DNA of 13,090 nt from a bacterium. Its GTDB lineage: Bacteria > Sysuimicrobiota > Sysuimicrobiia > Sysuimicrobiales > Kaftiobacteriaceae. Below are positions 1 to 7,637 of the stretch, piece after piece (within the stretch, counting starts at the first letter, position 1; each line of letters begins with the position of its first letter). Position numbers and translations under genes: made by a program. The notes under the pieces were generated by a model. It saw only the letters and a list, made by a program, of their open reading frames with translations, searched no databases and had not been told where the DNA came from. Location of the stretch: contig JBIOWP010000002.1 of NCBI GenBank assembly GCA_044868695.1, positions 1 to 13,090 on the forward strand. The letters run 5' to 3'.

Positions 1-147
1 GCGCCTGAGCCCGTGCGCGGGCGCCGCAACGAGCCCGCCTATCTTCCGCACATCGTGCGGCGGGTGGCGCAGCTTCGCGGGGCGGCCCCGGAGGAGACCG
101 GCGCGGTGACCGCAGCGAACGCCCGTCGAGTGTATGGCGTCGAGTAG
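1..147 (+). CDS. tatD: TatD-family hydrolase/DNase, C-terminal fragment (5' end outside window)
   Basis: Not in the ORF track. Manual frame-1 translation gives APEPVRGRRNEPAYLPHIVRRVAQLRGAAPEETGAVTAANARRVYGVE*, matching the TatD C-terminal pattern P-x-RG-x-RNEPA...A-x-LRG...T-x-x-NA-x-R. Stop TAG at 145-147. Confidence 0.85.
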   Translation, partial: APEPVRGRRNEPAYLPHIVRRVAQLRGAAPEETGAVTAANARRVYGVE

Positions 148-156
148 GTGACCAGA

Positions 157-1245
157 ATGCGAATCGTCGCAGTATGCGCGCTGAGCGTGTCGCTGGCCGT
201 GCTGGGGGCCGTGGCGCCCGCCCGCGCCCAGGACGACAGCGCTGAAGAGATCCGCCTCGGCAAAGTCTACGCGAGCCGGTTGGAGGCGCAGTACCGGCTC
301 GTGGCGGATGCCGCGGCACTGGAGCGGCTGGCGCGTATCGGCGGCGCGGTCGCCGCGGCGTCTGACCGGCCGGGTCTCCCGTACAGCTTCAAGATCCTCG
401 ACCTCGACGTGCCCAATGCGCTCTCCCTGCCGGGCGGGTTCATCTATGTGACCAAAGGGCTGCTGTCATTCGTCCGCTCCGACCATGAATTGGCTGCGGT
501 GCTGGCGCACGAGGTGGCGCACGCCGCGCACCGGCATCAGGTGCAGATGATCCGGCGCAGCAACGAAGCCGCGTTCTGGACGGTGGTTGTAGCGATGCTC
601 AGCCGCGAGGCGGCGATCGCGGCGGGCGCGCAGCTGGTGAGCGTGGCCCTACTCTCGGGGTACACACGCGACCTGGAACGCGACGCCGACCTTACGTCGA
701 TCGCCTATCTGGTCCGCACCCCCTACTCGCCGGTGGCCGCGCTGACCCTGATGGAGCGTCTGGCCCGCGAGGAGCAGCTGACACCCCAGCGCGATCCCGG
801 GGCGTTCCGCGACCACCCGACTGCGGCGGAGCGGGCGGCGTATGTGATGAGCGAGCTTCGCCGGCAGGGCATTCCCTTGGTCCGCCGCGTGCCCGCCAAC
901 TACCTCCGGGTGGAGGTGCGCACCGCGGTCGATCAGGACCGGCAGGTGGCCGAACTCCTTGTCAATGAGACGGCGGTCCTGCGCCTCCCGGATCCGGCGC
1001 GGGTGGGGACCATCGCGGCGCGGCTGGAGCGGTTCTTTGACGCGGACCCGGACCCCTCGCAGATCGGCGCGCTGCGCACATCGCTCGGGTGGGAGGTGAT
1101 CGGCGGCCGTGCGCTGCTGATGACGCTCACCCCTGCCGACGCCGCGTTCCTGGGGGTGACCGTCGATGAGGCCGCACGGATGATTCAGGCGCGCCTCCAG
1201 TGGATCATCCGCCAGGACCTGCGCGCGAGGCAATTCACCGGGTAG
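157..1245 (+). CDS. M48-family zinc metallopeptidase (BepA/HtpX-like) with signal peptide and non-TPR C-terminal domain
   Basis: Motifs PNALSLPGGFIYVTKGLL, ELAAVLAHEVAH (HExxH), YTRDLERDAD (third-ligand Glu region) and RDHP (equivalent to STHP). Signal peptide ending ARA|Q. ATG 157 follows AGGTGA at 146-151; GTG 148 is the alternative start. Confidence 0.9.
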   Translation: MRIVAVCALSVSLAVLGAVAPARAQDDSAEEIRLGKVYASRLEAQYRLVADAAALERLARIGGAVAAASDRPGLPYSFKILDLDVPNALSLPGGFIYVTKGLLSFVRSDHELAAVLAHEVAHAAHRHQVQMIRRSNEAAFWTVVVAMLSREAAIAAGAQLVSVALLSGYTRDLERDADLTSIAYLVRTPYSPVAALTLMERLAREEQLTPQRDPGAFRDHPTAAERAAYVMSELRRQGIPLVRRVPANYLRVEVRTAVDQDRQVAELLVNETAVLRLPDPARVGTIAARLERFFDADPDPSQIGALRTSLGWEVIGGRALLMTLTPADAAFLGVTVDEAARMIQARLQWIIRQDLRARQFTG

Positions 1246-1248
1246 CGC

Positions 1249-1986
1249 ATGCGCCTGCACGTCGCGTTTCTCCCATCGCTGGTCCTGCCGGGGCGCTTGT
1301 CTGGGGCACAGGGTCAGGTCTGCGTGGTCGTCGATGTCATTCGCGCCAGCACCACGCTTATCACGATTGTCGAACGCGGCGCGGCCCGGGTCTTCATTGC
1401 CGGGGACGTGGCAGCCGCGCGACAGGCGGCGGCGTCACTCGACGGCGTGGTCCGGGCAGGGGAGGAAGACGGACTGGCGCCGAGCGGATTCGATTTCGGC
1501 AACTCGCCGGTCGAGCTGGCCCGGGCGCCGCTGGCCGGCAGGCAGGTGGTCTTCGTCACGACCAACGGCACCGCGGCCATTCGCGCCGTCAAAGAAGCCG
1601 ATGCCGTGCTGGTCGGCGCGCTGCGCAACGGCGCGGCCGCCTGCCGCGACGCATGGGAGACCGCGACCGCGCGGAGCGCCGATCTCACGATCGTGTGTGC
1701 CGGCCGTGAGCAGGCGTTCGGGATCGATGACGCATACTGCGCGGGCTCCCTCGTGAATGGGTTGCTGCAGCGAGGCTCGCCTGAACTGACGGATGCCGCG
1801 ACGGCGGCGCTCCGGCTGTACCGCTCCGAACCGGACACGCTCGCGATGTTTACTCAGTCGGCGGCAGGCCGAAACGTCCAGCGGTTGGGTCTCGGCGGCG
1901 ATGTCGCGTTCTGCGCCCAGCGCGATGTCTCACAGGTTGTTCCCCGGCTGGGCAGAGAGTTATTCCTTTTGGAGGAGTTGTCATGA
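1249..1986 (+). CDS. comB: 2-phosphosulfolactate phosphatase family protein (ComB-like)
   Basis: Motifs VVVDVIRASTT, GFDFGNSP, TTNGT, GALRN and CAGREQAFGIDDAYCAG; 245 aa is typical. Starts 3 nt after the upstream stop. Confidence 0.88.
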   Translation: MRLHVAFLPSLVLPGRLSGAQGQVCVVVDVIRASTTLITIVERGAARVFIAGDVAAARQAAASLDGVVRAGEEDGLAPSGFDFGNSPVELARAPLAGRQVVFVTTNGTAAIRAVKEADAVLVGALRNGAAACRDAWETATARSADLTIVCAGREQAFGIDDAYCAGSLVNGLLQRGSPELTDAATAALRLYRSEPDTLAMFTQSAAGRNVQRLGLGGDVAFCAQRDVSQVVPRLGRELFLLEELS

Positions 1987-2915
1987 GAGTTATGCTGATC
2001 GCGCTGTTCGCCGTTGCGCTCGTCGCCGCGCCGGCCGGCGCCCAGGGGTTTACGATGCGCATGACCGGCGACATTTCGATCCCGCCCGGGACGGTGCACG
2101 ACGGCACGGTGGTCACGATGAACGGCCGCGTGCAGGTTGACGGGACGCTTTATGGCGATGCCATGACGATGAACGGCGACGTCACCATCTCGGGCACCGT
2201 GACCGGATCCGTCCGCACCTTCAACGGCGGCGTGTTCCTGGCGCCGACCGCGCGCGTGGACGGGGACATCTGGGCAGGCAACGGGCGGGTCGACCGCCAG
2301 CCCGGCAGCGCCGTCGGAGGCCGCATCACCGAGGGCTGGGTCGTCGGCACCCCCGGCGCGCGGTCCTCGCCCACCCCGGCTCCGCGCCCGGGGAGCGGCG
2401 TCGGCGAGTGGATGTCGCGGGCGTTCTTCGAGGTGCTCGCCGCCTGGGTGTTGATCGGATTCATCGTGCTGGCCGCGGCAGTCTCCGCCCTGTTCCCCCA
2501 GCAGATCCAGCGGGTCTCGACCGCGCTCAGCGATGCGCCGGGCCAGGCGCTGCTGGCGGGGGTGTTGCTGTGGGTGCTGCTGCCGCCGATGGCCATGGCG
2601 CTCGTGGTGTCCGTCGTGGGCATCCCCGCACTGGCCTTCGTGCCGCTCGGGCTCAGCGTGCTCGGCCTGGTGGGATTTGCCGCGGCCGCGATGCTGTTGG
2701 GCAACCGGATCACGGAAGCCTTCCGGTGGCACATCGGTCCGGTGCCCGATACCATCGCCGGCGCGGCCGTCCTCGCGGTCCTGGCCCTCGTGCCGGCGCT
2801 GGGATGGCTGGCGGTGTTCGCCGCGGTGACCTGGGGGATCGGCGGGGTGCTCCTGCTGGTGTTTCGCCGTCGGTCCCCTGTCCAGCCCCCGCCGGTGCCC
2901 TCCTCTTCCTCTTGA
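1983..2915 (+). CDS. Bactofilin-like (polymer-forming cytoskeletal) beta-helix repeat protein with signal peptide and C-terminal multi-pass membrane domain
   Basis: Signal peptide (…PAGA|Q). Gly/Val beta-helix repeats (TMNGRVQVDGTLYGD / TMNGDVTISGTVTGS / TFNGGVFL…ARVDGD), a Pro-rich linker, then about 5 hydrophobic segments. ATGA overlap with comB and GGAGGAG RBS. Confidence 0.75.
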   Translation: MRVMLIALFAVALVAAPAGAQGFTMRMTGDISIPPGTVHDGTVVTMNGRVQVDGTLYGDAMTMNGDVTISGTVTGSVRTFNGGVFLAPTARVDGDIWAGNGRVDRQPGSAVGGRITEGWVVGTPGARSSPTPAPRPGSGVGEWMSRAFFEVLAAWVLIGFIVLAAAVSALFPQQIQRVSTALSDAPGQALLAGVLLWVLLPPMAMALVVSVVGIPALAFVPLGLSVLGLVGFAAAAMLLGNRITEAFRWHIGPVPDTIAGAAVLAVLALVPALGWLAVFAAVTWGIGGVLLLVFRRRSPVQPPPVPSSSS

Positions 2916-2942
2916 CACGCCCCCCGGCGGCGGGGGTACCAT
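2912..2942 (+). promoter_or_regulatory. Putative sigma70 promoter with 19-bp palindromic spacer (MerR-type architecture) upstream of the efflux genes
   Basis: TTGACA at 2912-2917 and TACCAT at 2937-2942. The 19-nt spacer contains the inverted repeat CCCCCG-gcgg-CGGGGG (2921-2936). Confidence 0.5.
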
Positions 2943-2978
2943 GAGACTTCCGTGCGGGTCTGCTCATCCAGGTAAGAG

Positions 2979-4232
2979 GTGAGGAACGTGCGCAGGTGGA
3001 TTGTGGTGGTGGCGGTGGTGATGCTCGCGGCGCTCGTGTGGCGCGTCCTCGGGTCGAGCCGTCCGGCCGTGCCGGCGCTGCAGAGCGAAGCCGCCGTCCC
3101 CGTTGAGGTCGCGCCCGCGAAGGTCCAGACGCTGTCCGAGGTCATCTCCGCCGGCGGCTCGGTGGAAGCGCTGCGGGAGGTGACGGTGACGACGAAGGTC
3201 ACCGGGCGCGTGGCCGCTGTCCTTGTCAAGGAAGGCGATCGCGTGCGGGCCGGTCAGGTGCTGGTGCGCCTGGAAGACAGCGAGATCGCGGCGCAGGTGC
3301 AGCAGGCGGAGGCGAACCTCCAGGCGGCCCGAGCGCAGCTGCGGCTGCTGGAGCAGGGGGCCAGGTCGGAGGAGCGCGCGCAGACGGAGGCGGCTCTGGC
3401 GCAGGCGAAAGCCGGCTACGATACAGCGCGCGACTCCCTGGCGCGCATGGAAACGCTCTATCAGGACGGCGCGGTCAGCAAGGCGCAGCTGGACGCGGCG
3501 CGGCTGCAGCACGATGTGGCGAAGGCGCAGTACGATGCGGCGGTGCAGCAGCAGCGTCTCGTACAGACGGGCGCGCGCCCCGAACAAATCGAGATGGCCC
3601 GCGCCCAGGTCCGGCAGGCGGAAGCCGCGCTGGCGTTCGCCAGACTGCAGGCCGACAACGTCGTGATCACGTCGCCGCTGTCGGGGACCGTCACGCACCG
3701 GTACGTGGACCCCGGGGACTTGGCGAGCCCGATGCCCGGTCAGGGGCAGCTCGTGACCGTGGCCCAGGTTGACGCGGTCTACGCCGTGTTCGAGGTCTCC
3801 GAAACCGACCTGGGCCGGCTACGGGTTGGGCAGGCCGCGTCCGTAGCTGCCGACGCATACCCGGGCCGGTCGTTTGCCGGGACCCTGCGAGAAGTGGCGC
3901 CCGCCGCCAACCCGCTGACGCGCAGCTTCAGGGTCAAAATTGTCGTCGACAATCCCGACCACGCGCTCAAACCGGGGATGTTCGCGCGGGGGGACATCAT
4001 GGTCGCGCAGGTGAGCGATGCGCTCGTTATTCCCCGCGACGCCGTGCTCACCGCCAACGGAAAGAGCATGGTCTTCGTCGTCGAGGACGGCAAGGCGAAG
4101 GCCCGTGAGGTCCGGCTGGGACAGATTAGCGGCGCCGTCGTCCAGATCCTGAGCGGACTCGCTGCCGGTGAGCCCGTCGTTGTCGCCGGACTGGATCAGG
4201 TGACCGACGGGACGGCCGTGTCGGTCAGGTAG
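2979..4232 (+). CDS. RND efflux periplasmic adaptor (membrane fusion protein)
   Basis: N-terminal TM anchor, lipoyl half-motifs (GRVAAVLVKEGDRVRAGQVLVRL; ITSPLSGTV…VDPGD), long Ala/Gln coiled-coil, LKPGMFA and GLAAGEPVV. GTG 2988 after GAGG/GAGGA is a plausible alternative start. Confidence 0.93.
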   Translation: MRNVRRWIVVVAVVMLAALVWRVLGSSRPAVPALQSEAAVPVEVAPAKVQTLSEVISAGGSVEALREVTVTTKVTGRVAAVLVKEGDRVRAGQVLVRLEDSEIAAQVQQAEANLQAARAQLRLLEQGARSEERAQTEAALAQAKAGYDTARDSLARMETLYQDGAVSKAQLDAARLQHDVAKAQYDAAVQQQRLVQTGARPEQIEMARAQVRQAEAALAFARLQADNVVITSPLSGTVTHRYVDPGDLASPMPGQGQLVTVAQVDAVYAVFEVSETDLGRLRVGQAASVAADAYPGRSFAGTLREVAPAANPLTRSFRVKIVVDNPDHALKPGMFARGDIMVAQVSDALVIPRDAVLTANGKSMVFVVEDGKAKAREVRLGQISGAVVQILSGLAAGEPVVVAGLDQVTDGTAVSVR

Positions 4233-4241
4233 GAGGGCGCC

Positions 4242-7200
4242 ATGGGACTCACCCGCCTCGCGATCAACCGCCCTGTCCTGACCCTCATGGCCTTTGCCGC
4301 CTTGGCCGTCCTGGGCCTGCAGTCGCTCGGGTTCATGCCGGTCGAGCTGTTCCCCCGCATCGACATTCCGTTTGTCACCGTCATCACGGTCTACCCCGGC
4401 GCGGGTCCCCGCGAGATCGAGACGCTGATCAGCAAGCCGCTCGAAGAGGCGGTCAGCTCGATCAACGGCGTCAAAACGGTGCAAAGTTCTTCACAGGAGG
4501 GCGTCTCCGTCGTCGCCCTCGAGTTTGTCGTCGGCACGGACCTGGACGTGGCCAGCAACGAAATCCGGAGCCGGCTCGATGCGGCGCGCGCCGGCCTGCC
4601 CCGCGAAATCGAGGCGCCGGTGCTCTACAAGGCCAGCGTCTCCGCCATCCCCGTGCTGATTCTGGGCGTGAGCGGGTCGCGGCCGGCCGACGAGGTCCGC
4701 CAGCTGGCAGAAGACACCATCAAGGAACGCATGGGAAAGGTGACGGGCGTGGCGTCGGTGTCCATCGTCGGCGGGCAGCGGCGCGAGGTGGAAGTGGAAG
4801 TCGACAAGGCCAGGCTGCAGGCGTACGGGATGTCGATCACGCAGGTGGCGCAGGCGCTGGTGCTGGAGAACCTCAACCTGCCCAGCGGCGGCATCCGGGA
4901 AGGCCGGCAGGAGTATGCGGTGCGGACCGTCGGCGAGTTTGAACGTTTGGAGGATCTGCTGGACGTGCGGCTGCCGTCCGCGAACGGCGCTCCGGTGCTG
5001 CTGCGGGATATTGCCCGGATCTCCTCAGGATTTGCGGATCGCAGCGAGATGTCCAGGCTCAACGGGCGGGAGAGCATCGGCGTGGTCGTCCAGAAGCAGG
5101 CCGACGCCAATACCGTCCAGGTCGTCAGCGGCATCAAGCGGGAGCTCGAGCGGCTGCGCCCGGATCTCCCGGCGGACCTCATCGTAAAAGTCGCCTATGA
5201 CCAGTCCGTCTTCCTGGAAGACTCTCTGGCCGACGTCCGCACCTCGCTCATCCTGGGCGCCGTGCTGGCCGTGCTCATCGTCTACCTGTTCCTGCACGAC
5301 CTCCGGTCCACGTTCATTGTCTCGCTGGCCATCCCGACGTCCATGCTGGCCGCCTTTACGCCGATGTACTTCGCCGGGTTTTCGCTCAACATGATGACGA
5401 TGCTGGGCCTGGCGCTGTCGACCGGCATCCTGGTCGACGACTCGATCGTCGTGCTGGAGAACATTCACCGGCATCTCCACCAGGGCGAGCTCCCGAAGGA
5501 CGCCGCGATCAACGGCCGGTCCGAGATCGGGCTGGCGGCGATCGCCATCACCCTCACCGACGTCGTGGTCTTTGTGCCGATCGCGTTCATGGGCGGGATC
5601 GTGGGACAGTTCTTCCGGGAATTCGGCCTAACGGTGGCGACGGTGACGCTGTTCTCGCTGCTCGTCTCCTTCACGCTGACGCCGATGCTGGCGTCCCGGT
5701 GGTTCGCGCGCGAGTCCAAAGAGCACACGGCCGAGGCGGGGCGCCTGTCGCGTGTGTTCCGCGCGTTCGACGCACTGTACGCTCGGCTCGACACCCGCTA
5801 CCGGAGCGTCCTGGCGTGGGCGCTGGACCATCGCTGGAGAGTCGTGGGCCTGGGGCTGGCCGCCCTGCTGGTGGTGGTACCGCTGTCTGGGGTGCTGGGA
5901 TTTGAGTTCATGCCCTCCATCGACCAGGGGCAGTTCACCATCCGCATCGAGACCCCGGCCGGCACCAACCTGGAGACGACCAACCGCGTCGTCGCGCAGG
6001 TGGAAGACCTGCTCGCCAAACAGAGCGAGGCGGAAGCCATCTTCGCCACAGTGGGGTCGACGGCCGGCGCGGTGAACTTTGGCTCGACCAGCCAGGGGCC
6101 CAACGTTGCCAATATCGCGGTGAGCCTGGTGGACAAGAACCGCCGGTCGCGCACCGACCGGCAGATCATCGCAGCCCTCCGTCCTGAGGTGAGCAAGATC
6201 GCGGGCGCGAAGATCCGGTTCGAGACCGCGTCCTTCGGCCCGTCCGGCGCGCCGGTACAGGTCGAGCTGCTTGGAGACGATTTTGAGGTGCTCAACCGGG
6301 CTGCGGCCGAAGTCGGCGCGCGGGTCCGGCAGGTGCCCGGGATCATCGACCTCGACACATCGTGGCGGGTGGGCCGACCGGAACTGCAGGTCCGGGTGGA
6401 TCGACTGAAGGCGGCGTCCTATGGCCTGTCCACCGGAGTCGTGGCTGCATCGCTGCGCACGGCGATCCAGGGGTCCACCGACACGAAGCTCCGCAGCGGG
6501 GGACAGGAGTACGACATCCGCGTCCGGCTACCGGAGTCCGAACGGGAGTCCCCCGAAGATGTCGGCAGCATTCTGATCGCGGCGCCGGGAGGCCGGCCGA
6601 TCTACGTCAAGGACGTGGCCGACGTGACGCTCGCGACCGGCCCGACCCAGATCGACCGCAAGAACCGCCAGCGGATGGTCGTCGTCAGCGCCAGCCTGGC
6701 GCCTGGATACTTCTTCGGCAACGTCCAGCGGGATATCAATCGCCGGCTCGCCGACCTCCGCCTGCGCGGGGTCACCCTGCGGTGGGGCGGCGAGGCGGAG
6801 CAGCTGGCCGAGAGCGGGAGCCAGCTGGGCGGGGCGCTGCTGCTGTCCGTGCTCCTCGTCTACATGCTGATGGCGGCGCTGTTTGAGGGGTTCTTCAGCC
6901 CGTTCGTCATCATGTTCTCGTTGCCGATGGCCCTGGTGGGCGCGATCCTCGGCCTGATGGTCGCCGGCAAGACCCTCTCCATTGTCGCGATGATCGGCAT
7001 CATCATGCTCATGGGCCTGGTGACCAAGAACGCGATCCTGCTGGTCGACTACACGAATACGCTGCGGGCCAGAGGCGAAAGCCGCCGCGAGGCCATCCTG
7101 CAGGCCGGGCCGACGCGGCTGCGACCGATTCTGATGACGACAGGAGCGATGATCGCGGGCATGCTGCCTGTCGCCCTGGGCATCGGGCGGGGGGCCGAGT

Positions 7201-7352
7201 TCCGCGCGCCAATGGCGGTCGCCGTGATCGGCGGGCTGGTGTGGTCCACCCTGCTGACCCTGGTCGTGATTCCCGTCGTGTATACGCTGATCGATGACCT
7301 GACCAAGGTTGCCGGCCGCCGGTTCCGGCGCGGCGCCCCTGCCCGGACATGA
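4242..7352 (+). CDS. RND efflux permease, AcrB/AcrD/AcrF family
   Basis: 1036 aa. N-terminal AINRPV, YPGAGPREIE, proton-relay motifs GILVDDSIVVLENI, GLVTKNAILLVD and RLRPILMTT, and C-terminal TLVVIPVVY. RBS AGGAGG at 4231-4236. Confidence 0.97.
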   Translation: MGLTRLAINRPVLTLMAFAALAVLGLQSLGFMPVELFPRIDIPFVTVITVYPGAGPREIETLISKPLEEAVSSINGVKTVQSSSQEGVSVVALEFVVGTDLDVASNEIRSRLDAARAGLPREIEAPVLYKASVSAIPVLILGVSGSRPADEVRQLAEDTIKERMGKVTGVASVSIVGGQRREVEVEVDKARLQAYGMSITQVAQALVLENLNLPSGGIREGRQEYAVRTVGEFERLEDLLDVRLPSANGAPVLLRDIARISSGFADRSEMSRLNGRESIGVVVQKQADANTVQVVSGIKRELERLRPDLPADLIVKVAYDQSVFLEDSLADVRTSLILGAVLAVLIVYLFLHDLRSTFIVSLAIPTSMLAAFTPMYFAGFSLNMMTMLGLALSTGILVDDSIVVLENIHRHLHQGELPKDAAINGRSEIGLAAIAITLTDVVVFVPIAFMGGIVGQFFREFGLTVATVTLFSLLVSFTLTPMLASRWFARESKEHTAEAGRLSRVFRAFDALYARLDTRYRSVLAWALDHRWRVVGLGLAALLVVVPLSGVLGFEFMPSIDQGQFTIRIETPAGTNLETTNRVVAQVEDLLAKQSEAEAIFATVGSTAGAVNFGSTSQGPNVANIAVSLVDKNRRSRTDRQIIAALRPEVSKIAGAKIRFETASFGPSGAPVQVELLGDDFEVLNRAAAEVGARVRQVPGIIDLDTSWRVGRPELQVRVDRLKAASYGLSTGVVAASLRTAIQGSTDTKLRSGGQEYDIRVRLPESERESPEDVGSILIAAPGGRPIYVKDVADVTLATGPTQIDRKNRQRMVVVSASLAPGYFFGNVQRDINRRLADLRLRGVTLRWGGEAEQLAESGSQLGGALLLSVLLVYMLMAALFEGFFSPFVIMFSLPMALVGAILGLMVAGKTLSIVAMIGIIMLMGLVTKNAILLVDYTNTLRARGESRREAILQAGPTRLRPILMTTGAMIAGMLPVALGIGRGAEFRAPMAVAVIGGLVWSTLLTLVVIPVVYTLIDDLTKVAGRRFRRGAPART

Positions 7353-7636
7353 AGATGGTCCTGGTGATCTACGAATCCGGGATCGATGAAGACCTGCAGG
7401 GCGTCCTGGCCGAAGCACGGATCGAAGCGTACACGAAGCTCACGGGAGCCACGGGCACCGGAGCCAAAGGCCACCGCTTCGGGACGCCGATCTGGCCGGG
7501 CACGAACAATCTGCTCTGGATCGCGCTGCCCGACGATCAGGTGACCGGGTTGACCCGGCGCCTTGAGGATCTCAAACGCTCCTACCTCAAGCCGCCGGCG
7601 CTCCATATCTTCGTGTTCCCGGTCGAGGCACAGTAG
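7349..7636 (+). CDS. Small PII-like transporter-associated protein (PG0541 family)
   Basis: 95 aa: MKMVLVIY…, YTK…GTG…GTPIWPGTNN, ending IFVFPVE. This fits the PII-superfamily layout and the GTxxWPGxN signature of RND-linked PG0541 proteins. ATGA overlap with the permease stop. Confidence 0.75.
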   Translation: MKMVLVIYESGIDEDLQGVLAEARIEAYTKLTGATGTGAKGHRFGTPIWPGTNNLLWIALPDDQVTGLTRRLEDLKRSYLKPPALHIFVFPVEAQ

Positions 7637-7637
7637 G

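Noticed and set aside
2921..2936. GC hairpin as a rho-independent terminator
   Set aside because: No U-tract follows on either strand; it is better explained as a promoter-spacer dyad.
4242..7352. Calling the permease a heavy-metal CusA/CzcA pump or assigning acrB/mdtB/swrC
   Set aside because: I could not identify diagnostic metal-binding motifs or establish orthology by eye; only the family-level call is supported.
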